Assembly: GCF_030028105.1 (NCBI RefSeq)
Contig: NC_092384.1
Span: forward strand, 17,677,629-17,741,628
Length of the DNA stretch: 64,000 nucleotides
Direction of reading: 5' to 3'
DNA from: Mobula birostris
Taxonomy: Eukaryota
Part shown: positions 47,371-60,780 of the stretch, piece by piece
Position numbering within the stretch: position 1 is the stretch's first letter
How the letters are laid out: the number at the start of each line of letters is the position of its first letter
Translations under genes and position numbers: made by a program
The notes under the pieces: model-generated
Databases searched by the model: none
Seen by the model: the letters and a program-made list of their open reading frames with translations, nothing else
What the model was told of the DNA's origin: nothing

Positions 47371-49259
47371 CATATTTGCTTGAGAAAGTAGTCCACTCTT
47401 GTGACCTTGCTCTTCAGAGGAATGACAAATGGCTACTTGTGTTTTAAATGAGTAGATGAAGAAATGAAAAGGTAAGGTAAGAGTACAAAGTTCCTGTCAA
47501 CTACGAAGACGATATAATTGTGCGTCTTTACTTGAAAGTAAATATCAAAACAATATTTAACGGTGGAGAAATCGACGATATTTGAGATATGATGTGATCT
47601 AGGAAAAGGAAGAGAATAAATGATTATCAAAGGGAAATCTATCCCAGCCAGCATATCCAGCAGAACAGGTCTGAGCGGCCCACTCTTGTTTCTCTATTAT
47701 TTTCGCGTAATTCTCTGGATTGCCGAAACTCTTTCAGGAATGATGGTTGATTGCATTATCAGTCAGATGATTTATTTCACTGCCGATGTTCTCTGTACCA
47801 ACTCCCCACCATTCTTAGTCCCGTATCTTATCCACCAACCAGGCTGACCTGATGAGTAACAATAATGTATTATTCCACCAGGATGCTCACCCTGTTCTGT
47901 CACACATACATCTACCTGGACCGGAATTAATGAGTCATTTTACGACTATTGGCCAAATAAATGCTGGGCATAATTCAGATTTATTTTGTTCCATTGGGCA
48001 ATTGGGCAGTTACTAATCGCCGAGGAGCTCTGTCCAAAGCACTATATTCTTCGAGGGTACACATCTAGACACGTGATTCCAATATAAATCTACTTTCCAG
48101 CGTCCACGTTTTTCAGGCAAATGTTCTGATTAGGCTAAATCTAATTTCCTTTAATATGACCATGTGCGCATCTCCCCTGCTTTAATGTGGGCTGGGACAG
48201 GTACATAGGTTGCGATGCATTTCTCTTGCATTCTGGGTGCCCTGGGATTTCTGTTACTACCATGTGATAGTGCAGTTATATTTTTCAGATCATTTTGAAC
48301 AGTAAGCCGTGAATGTATATGAAACAGAAGAAAACTGAATATTTTATCATGCGACATTTTCTGATCAATATTCAGACACGGAGATATTATCGCGAGAACA
48401 TGTTGCGATGTTTTTCACATCTCCAAATCTGTATTTCTCTCGGTTGAACGTTGACATAAGTGGTGAAGGATAACTGTACAGTTGGCGTTTTTTACCCTGC
48501 AAACAAAGTTTCTGTCACTGGTGATGACGAATTTCTGATTTTTTTTTTCATCCTCTGAAGACTGTGAAGAGAATATCTTGGGGGGCGTTCGGCGGTACTT
48601 AAGGCAAAGTAGGTTTATTTCATAGAATGACTGGGGACTGTTCAATGATATAGCAGAGGAGAATATGTTTGAGCATATCAGACATTACCCTCTTGAACGA
48701 CATGGCTGTAGAGGGAGGCGGAATGGCTTATTTCCAATCCTATTCTTAAATTTCTTACTTTTATCTTTTTTACAGTGACAATCGCCTCTAATGAATCGAA
48801 GACGAAATTGATCCCTTATCTTCCTAACTTCTACATGTGATATCGATTAATAATCTTTGCCTGGATGCAAGAATTGAAAAGAAACAATGCCTCGGGCCTG
48901 CACTCATTAATCGTCAATAGCTTCGAACTGCAGTTGGATTCTCAGCTTCACAGTTTCTTTGATGGATTACATCTGCGTACAATGTTTGCTTATTTTGATG
49001 TTCGGATGCTGAGGTGTTCTTGGAATCGGAAAGCTGCACAGCAGCGTATGTCAGTTTGTCAGCTCCATTTCTCTAAGTCAGTGAAAATATTTCAGAATCA
49101 GCGTTTAATCGATAATCCATTGAGTTGAAAAAAAATCCAATCAAAAATTGTAAAAGAAATTAGTGATGCATTCATAAATCATCAATTTTAGATTTCTACC
49201 GTTTTACACCTGGAAGGGCATGTGTAGTACTTGTTCCACTTACAAGCATAAGTGCCGGG

Positions 49260-49960
49260 AAGGAGTATCCTTGTACATGCCCTTACACGTCCTCCCTCAC
49301 CACCATTCAGGGCCCCAGACAGTCCTTTCAGATGAGAAGACATTTCGCCTGTGAGTCGGTTGGGTTAATATACTGCGTCCGGTGCTCCCGATGCGGCCTT
49401 CTGTATATTGTCGACACCCGACGCAGGCTGGCAGACTGTTTCTCTGAACACCTACGCTCTGTCCGCCAGAGACAGCAGGATCGCCTAGTGGCCACACATT
49501 TATATCCATGTCCCATTCCCGTTCTGATATGTCTATCCACGGCCTTCTCTACTGTCACACTCAGGTTGGAGGAACAACACCTTATATTCCGTCTGGGTAG
49601 CCTCCAACCTGATGGCATGAACATTGACTTCTCTAACTTCCATTAATGCCCCACTTCCCCTTCATACCCCATCCTTTCTTTCTCATCCTATGGGCTCCCC
49701 TCCCCTTTTCCTTCTTTCTCCCCAGGCCTCCTCTCCTTTCTCCAGCCTGGCACCCCTTTTGCTAATCAACTTTCCAGCTCCTTGCTCCAACCCTCCCCCT
49801 CCTGTCTTCTACGATCATTTCGGATCTGCCCCTCCCCCTCCCACTTTCAAATCTCTTACTATCTCTTCTTTCAGTTAGTCCTGACGAAGAGTGTCTGCCC
49901 GAAACGCCGACTGTGCCTCTTCCTATAGATGCTGTCTGGCCTGCTGCGTTTACCAACAAT
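49260..49960 (+). mobile_element. Penelope-like element, GIY-YIG endonuclease end
   Basis: CESVGLIYCVRCSRCGLLYIVDTRRRLADCFSEHLRSV...IFRLGSLQPDGMNIDFSNF. Confidence 0.85.
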
Positions 49961-49974
49961 TTTTGTGTGTGTTA

Positions 49975-51030
49975 GTGAAATAAAGGGATCTTATTCTGGC
50001 TTGCCGCCGGTTCCCAGTGGAATTCCACAGGGGTTGGTTTTGGGACCACTGCTTTTTCTGATGTGCGTCAATGATTTGGCCCACGGGATTTATGGCTTTT
50101 GGCTAAATTTGCCGATGATACAAAGTTTGGTGGAGGAGCGGGTAGTGTTGAGGAAACAGAGAGCCTGCAGACAAGCGTAGTTGGTTTAGGGGAATGGTCA
50201 ACAAATTAGAAAATTAAATACAATTTTGGAAAGTGTATGTTCATGCACTTTGGTGGGAGAAATAAACGTGCAGACTATTATTTAGACGGGAAAAGAATTC
50301 AAAATGCAGTGATGTAATGGGAATTGGGAGACCGTGTGCAGGATACCCGAAAGGTTAACCTCCAGGTTGAGTCGGTGGTAAAGAAGACAAATGCAAAGTT
50401 GGCATTTATTTCTAGAGGTATAGAATATAAAAACAGGGTTGTGATTTTGAGGCTCTGTAAGACAGTCGTGAGACCACACGGAACATTGTTTGTAGTTTTG
50501 AGCTCCTTCATTTAGAAAGGATATACTGACATTGGAAGGCGTTCAGTGAAGATTCACGAGAATGATTCCCGGAATGAAAGGGTTACCTTTTGAGGAACGT
50601 CTAGCAGGTCTTGGTCTGTATTCCCTGGAGTTCAGAAGAATGAGGGGGGAATCCCTTAGGAACATTCCAAATGTTAAAAGGCCTGAACAGATTAGATATG
50701 ACGAAGTTATTTCCCATGGCAGGGGAGTCTAGGACAAGAGGGCACGACTTCAGGATTGAAGAACGTCCATTTAGACAGAGATGCGGAAAAATTACTTTAG
50801 TTAAAGAGTGGTAAATATGTGGAATTTGTTGCCATGAGCGGCTGTGGAGGTCAAGTCATTGGGTACATTTAAGGCAGAAATAGATGGGTTCTTGATTAGC
50901 CAGGGCGTCAAAGAGTATGAGGAGAAGGCAGGGGAGTGGGGATCACTGGAAGAATTGAATTAGCTCATGATTGAATGGTGGAGCGCACTCGATGGGCCGA
51001 ATGGCCTACTTCTGCTCCTTATGGTCTTAT
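49975..51030 (+). mobile_element. Decayed CR1 3' part
   Basis: GIPQGLVLGP, AKFADDTK, AFISRGIEYK and 3' tail. Confidence 0.85.
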
Positions 51031-51049
51031 ACATACAGTATGTTTTGCG

Positions 51050-51300
51050 TGGCTCGGTGGCGTATCGGCTAGCGTAGCACTATTAAAGCAGCAGTGATCC
51101 AGGTTTCATTCCCGTGCCCGACTAAATGGTGTGTTTCTAATTTTTCCCATGACTGTATGACTTTCTTTCGGCGCTCGGGTTTTCTCCCACATTTCAAAGA
51201 CGAACGGGTGAGTCGGCTAATTAGTCACATGTGTATAATTTAGCTGCACGAACTGGTTGGGCGGACGGCTCTATTACAGTGGTATATCTCTAAAGCAATT
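51050..51300 (+). mobile_element. Decayed tRNA-derived SINE
   Basis: GGTGGCG..GGCTAGCG head, degenerate B box, GGGTTTTCTCCCACATTTCAAAGAC core. Confidence 0.5.
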
Positions 51301-51529
51301 TCTTATGTTATTCATGGCAATCTCTCTGCTTTACCTGAGAATAGATAATACATTCTCCTTGCTGTCGATCTTTTTGAGTAATAGAAAAGGATTTTAAAAA
51401 ATGGTTGGAAGATCATTTTGTCCGCGTATAATGATATTGTCCGTATATCATCTTTTTCAACTTACGTTATTTGTTGTATTTTTCACGGTAATACGTTGAA
51501 ACTGCACCCTCTCTAACATACTGGTGGAG

Positions 51530-52541
51530 AGAGTTTTATTTGGGTTTTTATCGCTGGAAATAGTTACATTTGGACACGTCTCATTAGCGGGGCAGCAGGA
51601 TGGCCGCATTGTTTATTCCAGAGACCAGCTTATTATGCTTATGCCGGCCGGTTTAGCGAACGGAGCGGCGGACACCCCTGCTGAAATCTGGAGGAAAACA
51701 CACAGAGGATGCAAAGGGGGATCAAAAAGGCGAGGGAAGAGGACCGGGTCGAAACAACAGAGACTTATGGAGAGGAGAAGCTATAAGCCGTGTCACCCCT
51801 CTCTCATTATGGGCAATGTGAGATCGCTGGCTAATAAAGTGGACGAGTTGACGGCGCTAGCCAGGAGTCAGAGAACATTTCGGGAGTGTAGTGTTAGGTA
51901 TTTTACTGAAACGTGGCTGCGCGAGGACATACGCGACAAAAACGTTTCCATAAAGGGCTTCCAGACCGTTCGGGCTGACCGGAAGTGCATTGAGAGCGGT
52001 AAGCGTAAAGGAGGGGGGGTTTGCTGTTCTGATTAACAACAGATGGTGCAATCCTGGTCATATTACGATCAAGGAACGTGTTTGTAGCCCGGATGTTGAA
52101 CTTTTTGCTGTTAGACTCCGGCCATATTATTTGCCAAGGGAAATCTCACATGCAATGGTGGTTGTTGTGTACATCCCTCCCTCTGCCAAACCGACGTCGG
52201 CGTGTAACATCATTTACATCGTTGCACACAAGAGTACATTCAGCCAGAGACTCATTCCACGGGGGTGCAGCACTGAGCGTCATGGGAAGTCATTCCTGCC
52301 ACTGGCCATCAAACTTTGCAGCTCCTCCCTTGGAGGGTCGGACACCCTGGGCCAATGGGCTGGTCCTGCACTTATTTTCGTCTGGCATGGTTTACATGTT
52401 ACTATTTGATTGTTTGTGGTTTTGTATTGCTGTGTTTGTACTCTCTTCTTGGTTGGTGCAGCTTTAACGAGACACAATTTCCCTCGGGATTCAGTCAGTC
52501 AGTCAGTCAGTCAGTCAGTCAGTCAGACAGACAGTCAGTCA
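51530..52541 (+). mobile_element. Internally deleted L2/Rex1-Babar-group LINE with (CAGT)n tail
   Basis: LIMGNVRSLANKVDEL...FTETWL endonuclease joined directly to C-terminal TERHGKSFLPLAIKL; microsatellite at 52492-52540. Confidence 0.75.
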
Positions 52542-54087
52542 TACCGGAGGTGGGAGACCAAACCCACTTCAAATGGAAGTCATTATGTTTACTTTGGATC
52601 TCCAAACAACCACTTATAACCCTGCTATCAATCAGATGGGTTTCTCAGGTCTGGCCATCTCTTATGTTATATCCCTCCCGCCCTTCCAAGTTTGGTGCAT
52701 AGGCTTATCCGATGCGTTTCTCTTATTAACAATTATTATAATTATTGGCATGAACAGATTTTGTACCCACGGTGCAATTAGTATCTGTGATCGTTCAAAC
52801 TCACATTATCTAGGTTAAGGATATTGGGTCAAATGGCAAGCCCCGTTCCAGCCTGGCTGAACTGAGGTAGCAAATACGGGCGGGGTGCCTTGCCCGCTGT
52901 TGAGCTAATTGGTTCTGCTGGTGAATCAATTGAAATAAAAGCGAAATAAGTAGAGCTGTTGGAAATGCCTGTTACAATATATCGTTAAAATAGCATTTGT
53001 TTTCGCTGAAACAATCACAGAGAATTCGAGAGCAATAAACCAACGGTAAATAATTTATCTTCAACGTTCCAGCTTCATCATAGATATTACTCTCAGAAGC
53101 GATCCTTCATTTCGGGAAGTGATACAAAACGCTGATCGAAGTTTCAACGGAGTTCTACTATAATGAAGCCAGTGATAAATGACAACCTTGTTTTGGTGAT
53201 GTGAAAAGTTGCTGCAGCAAATATCGTTACGTAAAAGTAGAAATATGCGTTAAAATTGGGAAGGTGATTAATGGAACACAAGAAGACGTATACGAAACGT
53301 CGACTGTACCTCTTCCTAGAGATGCTACCTGGCCTGCTGCGTTCACCAGCAACTTTTATGTGTGTTGCTCGGGATACAACCGGTAAATGTTTAATATATG
53401 CTATCAGCAGAATCCGGATGGGACAAATTTAATAACATTGAATTGCTGTAACTCTGAAGTGAAATAAACAAATAAAACACACAGTAGGTCAGGAAACGCG
53501 AGAACAAAGAGAAACAGTTAACGTTTACGTAACTATCTGGGGAGGGGTGTTCAATCAGAAAGGACAAAGATTTCTCTTTCCCAAGATGTCGTTAGAGATT
53601 TTTAATTTCTAGATTAAATCCAAAATGGGACACGACAATACATTTATAAGTTTCAGGCATTTCTTTCAAAATTGAGGATGATAATCATTCAGCGTAGCCG
53701 CTTGGGTAGAAGGCACCTTGCGGAGTTTCGTTAACATGTGGGTATCATTATGCACCAGATACTACACGGTTTATTGGACGCATATTCGATTCCATTCCAG
53801 GTTATGCACTGCTGTGTGGATCTTTGTTGGGAATCGGGATTAAAAACTGCATAGGAATTTCCAAAACAAGATTTCGTTGCATTTTCAATTTTGCTTACTG
53901 TGCGTTCAAATCAAAATGTAACATATATTGCGAAATGATTTGTGCGTGTACTGTATTTCGCCATTGACCACAACACTGTGATTCTCGTAAGCCGGTATTT
54001 GACATCCAAAACATCTCAGTCTTAGATTTATAATTAATTATTCGTCACACGAAAAACGCTTAACAGCCTAACTTACATTGGTATATA

Positions 54088-56632
54088 CAGAGGCATGCAA
54101 AAGTTTGGGCACCCCGGTCAAAATTTCTGTTACTGTGAATAGTTAATTGAGTAGAAAATGAACTGATCTCCAAAAGTCATAAAGTTAAAGATGAAACATT
54201 ATTTTCAACATTTTAAGCAAGATTAGTGTATTAAAATTGTTTTGTACAATTTTAGAGTGGAAAAAAAGAAAAGGAGCGCCATGCAAAAGTTTGAGCATCA
54301 CAGGAGGTTTGAGCTCTCTGATAAATTTTCCCAAGTTCTCAGATCTTAATTAGCTTGTTAGGGATATGGATTGTTCACACTTATCGTTAGGAAAAGCCAG
54401 GTGATTCAAATTTCAAAGCTTTATAAAAACCCTGACTCCTCAAACCTTGTCCCAACAATCAGCAGCCATAGGCTCCTCTAAGCAGCTGCCTAGCACTCTG
54501 AAAATTAGAATAAATGATGCCCACAAAGCAAGACAAGGTTATACGAAGATAGCAAAATTCTGGAAGGAAATATCACACCGTCTATAGAAAAAAAAGCTGA
54601 AGATGAAGAGAGGATGGCTTCTACAACAGGATAATGATCCTAAACACACCTTAAAATCCACAATGGACTACTTCAAGAGGCGCAAGCTGAAGGTTTTGCC
54701 ATGGCCCTCACAGTCCCCGGACCTAAACATCATCGAAAATCTGTGGATAGAACTCAAAGGAGCAGTGCATGCAAGACGGCCCAAGAATCTCACAGAGCTA
54801 GAACCCTTTAGCAAGGAAGAATAGGCGAAAATCCACCAAACAAGAATTCAAAGGCTCCTTGCTAGCTACAGAAAGTGTTTACAAGCTGTGATACTTGCCA
54901 AACTGGATGTTACTAATTACCGACCATGCAGGGTGCCCAGACATTTGCTTCGGGACCTTTTTCTTTTTTTTTTGTTATTTTGAAACTGTAAAAAATGGCA
55001 ATAAAAAAGTAATCTTGCTTAAAATATTAAAGAAATGTGTCAACTTTATCTTTATGTCTTTTGGAAGTCAGGTCATCTTTTACCATAGAAACCATAGAAA
55101 CTACAGCACAGAAACAGGCCTTTTGGCCCTTCTTGGCTGTGCCGAACCATTTTCTGCCTAGTCCCACTGACCTGCACACGGACCATATCCCTCCATACAC
55201 CTCCCATCCAAGTATCTGTCCAATTTATTCTTGAATGTTAAAAAAGAACCCGCATTTACCACCTCCTCTGGCAGCTCATTCCATAATTCCACCACTCTCT
55301 GTGTGAAGAAGCCCCCCCCCCAATGTTCCCTTTAAACTTTTCCCCCCTCACCTTTAACCCATGTCCTCTGGTTTTTTTCTCCCCTTGCCTCAGTGGAAAA
55401 AGCCTGCTTGCATTCACTCCATCTAGACCCATCATAATTTTATATTCCTCTATCAAATCTCTCCTCATTCTTCTACGCTCCAGAGAATAAAGTCCTAACC
55501 TATTCAACCTTTCTCTGTAACTGAGTTTCTCAAGTCCCGGCAACATCCTTGTAAACCTTCTCTGCACTCTTTCAACCTTATTTATATCCTTCCTGTAATT
55601 TGCTGACCAAAACTGAACACAATACTCCAGATTCGGCCTCATCAATGCCTTATACAACCTCATCATAACATTTCAGCTCTTATACTCAATACTTTGATTA
55701 ATAAAGGCCAATGTACTAAAAGCTCTCTTTACGACCCTATCTACCTGTGACGCCACTTTTAGGGAATTTTGTATCTGTATTCCCAGATCCCTCTGTTCTA
55801 CTGCACTCCTCAGTGCCTTACCAGTGACCCTGCATGTGCTGCCTTGGTTTGTCCTTCCAACGTGCAATACCTCACATTTGCCTGTATTAAACTCCATCTG
55901 CCATTTTTCAGCCCATTTTTCGAGCTGATCCAAGTCCCTCTGCAGGCTCTGAAAACCTTCCTCACTGTCTACTACACCTCCAATCTTTGTATCATCAGCA
56001 AATTTGCTGATCCGGTTTACCACATTATCATCCAGATCATTGATATGGATGACAAATAACAATGGACCCAGCACTGATCCCCGTGGCACACCACTAGTCA
56101 CAGGCCTCCACTCGGAGAAGCAATTCTCTACTACCACTCTTTGGCTTCTTCCAGTGAGCCAATGTCTAATCCAATTTACTACCTCTCCTTACGACTGAAT
56201 TTTCCTAACTATCCTCTCATGCGGGACCTTGTCAAAGGCCTTACTAAAGTCCATATAGACAATATCCAGTGCCTTCCCTTCATCCACTTTCCTGGTAACC
56301 TCCTGGAAAAACTCCAATAGATTGGTCAAACATGACCTACCACGCACAAAACCATGTTGACTCTCACTAATAAGTCCCTGTCTATCCAAATACTTGTAGA
56401 TTTTGTCTCTTAGTACTCCCCCCAATAACTTACCTACTACCGACGTTAAATTTACAGGCCTATAATTTCCTGGATTACTTTTCGATCCTTTTTTAAACAA
56501 CGGAACAACATGAGCCACTCTTCAATCCTCCGGCACCTCACCTGCAGACAGCAACAGCTTAGCTATTACTCGCTTAGCTATTCACAGTAACAAAAATTTT
56601 TACCGGGGTGCCCAGAGTTTTGCATGCCACTG
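54088..56632 (+). mobile_element. Tc1/mariner element interrupted by CR1
   Basis: TA-flanked TIRs CAGAGGCATGCAAAAGTTTGGGCACCCC / GGGGTGCCCAGAGTTTTGCATGCCACTG; transposase remnant QQDNDPKH...[15 protein letters not shown]. Confidence 0.92.
55082..56550 (-). mobile_element. CR1 nested in Tc1
   Basis: RT ORFs 55256-56518; same tail family as 11861 and 63630. Confidence 0.92.
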
Positions 56633-57538
56633 TATTACCGTTCATCTTGATGCAACCGGTTACGAACGAGTGTGGAATCCTGGAAGAATATAGGAAGCAG
56701 ATTCTACAAGAATATTCAAATACATATTGGATATATACTTCAAAATAAAGAGTTGTCAGGAAGTTTCATTCTTCCCTACTGCGTTCCAAATGTTAGAAGA
56801 AAATAAATTTATATTTTCGCTGCTGTATGTGTAGTCCTCTCTGCAAGGAGACAAGCCTCATCACCTATCGGCTCTTTAGTCTGACATCTGTCCATAGAAA
56901 CTGTGTTAATCCCCGAAGAAAAGTAAAATAAATTATTTGCATTGTAAACACTGGACATTATTCGTTTGATACCAATCGAATTAATTGCGTAAGAGGAACT
57001 GCTGAATGTACGGATCTTTCAGAAAGCATTTTATCTTAATGCAGTTGTCTTAATACAGTGCATCAAAATCATTACATAACGCTCAACAGTCTTCGACTTT
57101 TAAAGAAGCCGTAAAGTGATAATAGCATACGAGTGGCTGTACTACATTTAAATACTGCTACTAAACTGCAAATTAAAATCAATGAGACATGCACGAGTTC
57201 GTCAATGTTTTTTACACAGTCACAGTAAACATAGACCTATGCCAAGCTGCTTACGCTTCAAAATCTGGATCTGCCATTCTATTGAAAACGACATTTGAAG
57301 TATTCCAAAGGGATATAACGGCATTTCTGAACAAGATACAGCATGTAAATACAGCTAGTGGACTGGTGAAATTATTGCTTCTATTGTGCCTGATAATTAT
57401 TTATGTAATCCGGTTCGAACATCTCAATCTCTGTCTAATCATGCTGTAATGACATTTATTCTTTTTGAAGTTAAATTTCTTTAGCGCTTCTATTGTGCGC
57501 GAATAGAGGTGATATTTCTCAGCGATCAGGGTCCTTAC

Positions 57539-57646
57539 CGTGCAATCTTTTAAACTTGACTTTCACCAAAGCTATTATCAGAGCTAAAATTGCCGATCCG
57601 CCCACTGCACATGCCGGAATCAATTTAGTATTAACGCCCTTTGGAT
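57539..57646 (-). pseudogene. Paralogous TM exon (copy 3) with mutated acceptor
   Basis: DPKGVNTKLIPACAVGGSAILALIIALVKVKFKRLHG; same 108-nt length as the intact copy; donor GTAAG intact; acceptor position reads TG (57648-57647). Confidence 0.8.
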
Positions 57647-58212
57647 CAACAGGGGGAAAACAAGAAACTGTGACACACTTGTACATATAACAACAAATGC
57701 ACACTTAAGAATCAACAGTGTGATATATTTTATAGGGTCCTTTCAAATCTCACTACACAATATCGGAAAATGTATAATAAGACAGGAAATGCAAATTCCC
57801 ACCTTTGTTATATCACGATGAGATAGAGTTTAAGTTTTGCTTTGTTATAATATTGGCAAATGTTCAGAAATTTGCTACCTTACAAATACTGCACGAATTT
57901 AATTTCTGAATTCGTCCTACACGATTTAAACTAACGGAAAAACACGTGACTGTTAGCTTCAAAGCTTCAAAATTAGTCATTCTTCCGTGTTTGGGTAGCT
58001 GTTCAGTTACTGTCCTTAACAAGGTCACATTGACCCCACCACTATGACTTATAAGCGCCTCCATCTTATATTGACCACAAAAGATTCTGAACGTGCTGAA
58101 ATCCAGAGAAACACAGAAAATCCTGGAAAAACTCAGTCGATCAGGCAGATCTAAAGTGTCGCCGTTTAAGGCCGAGATCCAACATCATGACTTCATGAAG
58201 ACACCATCTTAC

Positions 58213-58498
58213 CTTGCTCCTGTATGTAGCTGAAACTGGCAGGCACCGAGAGGGAGACATGTGACACCAAACAGGTGTTTTCTCCAAGTAGACTGCGTGG
58301 TTCGCAATAAACTAAAAGTTTCGTACAAGCCGTCCACGCTTCGGTTTGTCACACTTTCTATTCCAGTGAGAATTTGCTTGTTATTTCTTTGCCAAACGAT
58401 TTCTAATTTCTCCGGGTAGAAAGCAGTCGTTTTGCAAAGGAGCTTTCGAGGAGACGAAAACCCTCCATCAGGAACAATTTCCAAAGGAGTTGGAGGAG
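58213..58498 (-). pseudogene. Paralogous C1 exon (copy 3), frameshifted
   Basis: PPTPLEIV...LLCKTTAFYPEKLEIVW...GLYETFSLL in one frame, then TCLVSHVSLSVPASFSYIQEQ in another. Length 286 nt vs 297 nt: one codon shorter plus an 8-nt deletion before ACC TGT. Splice sites intact. Confidence 0.85.
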
Positions 58499-60009
58499 CT
58501 TGAGTAAAAACAAAATTATATTGGGTATTTCAGATCCATTTCAGTGCAGGTAGATTCTTTTAACTCCCGACCATCTAGCATGACACGCTAACAATAAAAT
58601 TAGTTACCCGCCAGTATTGACCAGTATTTAATAAATTCTTTCAATTTCATGTTTTGTTTATCATTGCTAAACATTCACACACACACCCAAGCGAAACATT
58701 GTTCTTCTCGGACCAGGTTGCAAAATAGAGTATATATAGTCACACACAGCACATGTAGTTACCATCCAGCACTGACAGTCACAAAATAAGCAAAATAAAA
58801 TGCAGTCCGTTTGGGAGAATGATAATAAGAAGAGTTCAGAGAATACACCTCGACGGCGAAGTGAGGAAGATATTCTCTCTTGAATGGTATTTGAGCATTA
58901 TTGCACAGTTGGGTTTGCGGTGGGCGTTAGCTTTGGAAACCTGGCTACTTATGGATTTTTCACTTCGTATCAAGACTGAGCTACAAAACCCAAAATATCA
59001 CAGATTTCTATAGTACGAATGCACATGGAATTGAATATTCTGGCAGCTTAATGCTTAGGGAGTGTATCAGGTCTTGGGTTTCAGTTTTCTAGTCATAAAC
59101 GTTCAGTAATAGAACTTTCCCCGGAATTTGAACCATTCCTGGAACAGTTCCCCCATACGGAATGTGACAAATCATCTTCTCCGTGAAACAGCCAGGAACG
59201 CAAATGCAAATTGATACTAATCGCATTGATTCTCTCGTTCTATTCTTTCTAAAGTCTGAAGTCCTGCAGCAAAATGGTCAACAGTGACTTGGCACTGCTA
59301 TAGGATCGCTTGTGGAAATGATGCCTTGCAGAGGGTCAAACAGAAACTGAACAACCTCAATTTCACCATGCACAGAGTTTACTAAAACGTGAGCCCAGTT
59401 TTAAGGATTTGTGAACGTGGACCGCTTCCACTACAGCTATGGTCGGTGTCTAACAGGGTGATTCAATAGTTAGATTGCTTTATCTGTTTATCACAGCAGT
59501 TAGGATTTCGCTCTGCTTACAGTAGCCATCCGGAACTCACAGCTGCCCGACGCCACGTCCCACGCCTATACCGATGTCAACGTTCTTGGCCTTCTCAAAT
59601 TCTAGGTGACGGGCAACTCTAGGGTTAAAAAATCTAAGGGCTTCTGCAGATACACTAAGCATAACGAGACAGAGACAGATAAAACTGATCCATTTGAAGA
59701 TCAGCGGGTTTAACAATGCACGGGGCGGAAAGAGATGGGAGGGGGGCATATCGTATTTATTTCCATTCGTATTTGTTCGGGAGACGTACACAGAAACTAT
59801 ACAATTAAGGCAACACAGAAGCAATGCCATGGCCCATATACGGTTTACAGCCCTGAGGCAAATTAGGGTGCAGAAGTTCCCAGAACATGGCAAGGTGTCC
59901 CATTGGACCTTGTTGGAAGCTATGCAGAAAATGAAAGGGCTCCGATAGAGCGATTCAAAATGTCCTTACCCGTGGGTGAAATGTCGGAGGACAAGAGTAT
60001 AACTAATGT

Positions 60010-60780
60010 TTTATGACCATATGACAATGGGATATCGGAGCCGAACTAAGCCATATGGCCCACCAAGTCTGCTCTGCCATTTCATCCTAGATAATACTTT
60101 CTGCTCAGCTCCAATCTCCTGCCTTCTCCCTGTAGCTCTTCATGCTTTAACCAATCAAACATCTATTAACCTCTTCTTTAAATATCCATAAGCACTTGGT
60201 CTCCATAGATGCCTGTGGCAAAAAAACAATCCACTGGTTCTACACTCTCTGGCTATAGGCATTCCTTTTCATCTCCTTTTAAAAAGGATTCCCCTCTATT
60301 CTGAGGCTGCGTCCTCTGGTCTTAGACTCTCCCACCATTGGAAACATTCTCTCCACATCCACACTATCAAGTACTTTCAACTTTCAATAGGGTTTAATAC
60401 GGTCGCCCCTATTTTTTTTTCTAAATTATAATGAAAACAGGCCCAGAGCCATAAAACGCTCTTCATATGACTAGTTATTGAATTCTGGAATCATTGTCGT
60501 GAACCTCCTTTGAACGCTTTCCAGATTCAACACGTTCTTTCCAAGATAAGGGGCCTAAAATTACTCACAATACCCCGTGACTCATCACCAGTGCTTTATA
60601 ATGTCTCACCATTACATCAACACAGACAGAATATTCTGGTGAACGCAGGAGGCCAGGCAGCATCTATCGGCAGAGGTACAGTCGACGTTCCGGGCCTGGA
60701 CTCTTCGTCAGGACTAATTGAAAGAATAGATAGTAAGAGATTTGAAAGTGGGAGGGGGAGGGGTGATCCGAAATGATAGG
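60010..60780 (-). mobile_element. CR1 3' fragment plus Penelope terminal fragment
   Basis: CR1 tail at about 60020-60080; CTCTTCGTCAGGACTAA motif as at 49870-49900 (reverse complement). Confidence 0.75.

Noticed and set aside
59541-59643. Candidate exon EALRFFNPRVARHLEFEKAKNVDIGIGVGRGVGQ upstream of copy-3 C1
   Set aside because: Plausible splice sites but no Ig features, no counterpart in the intact copy, and incompatible end phase.
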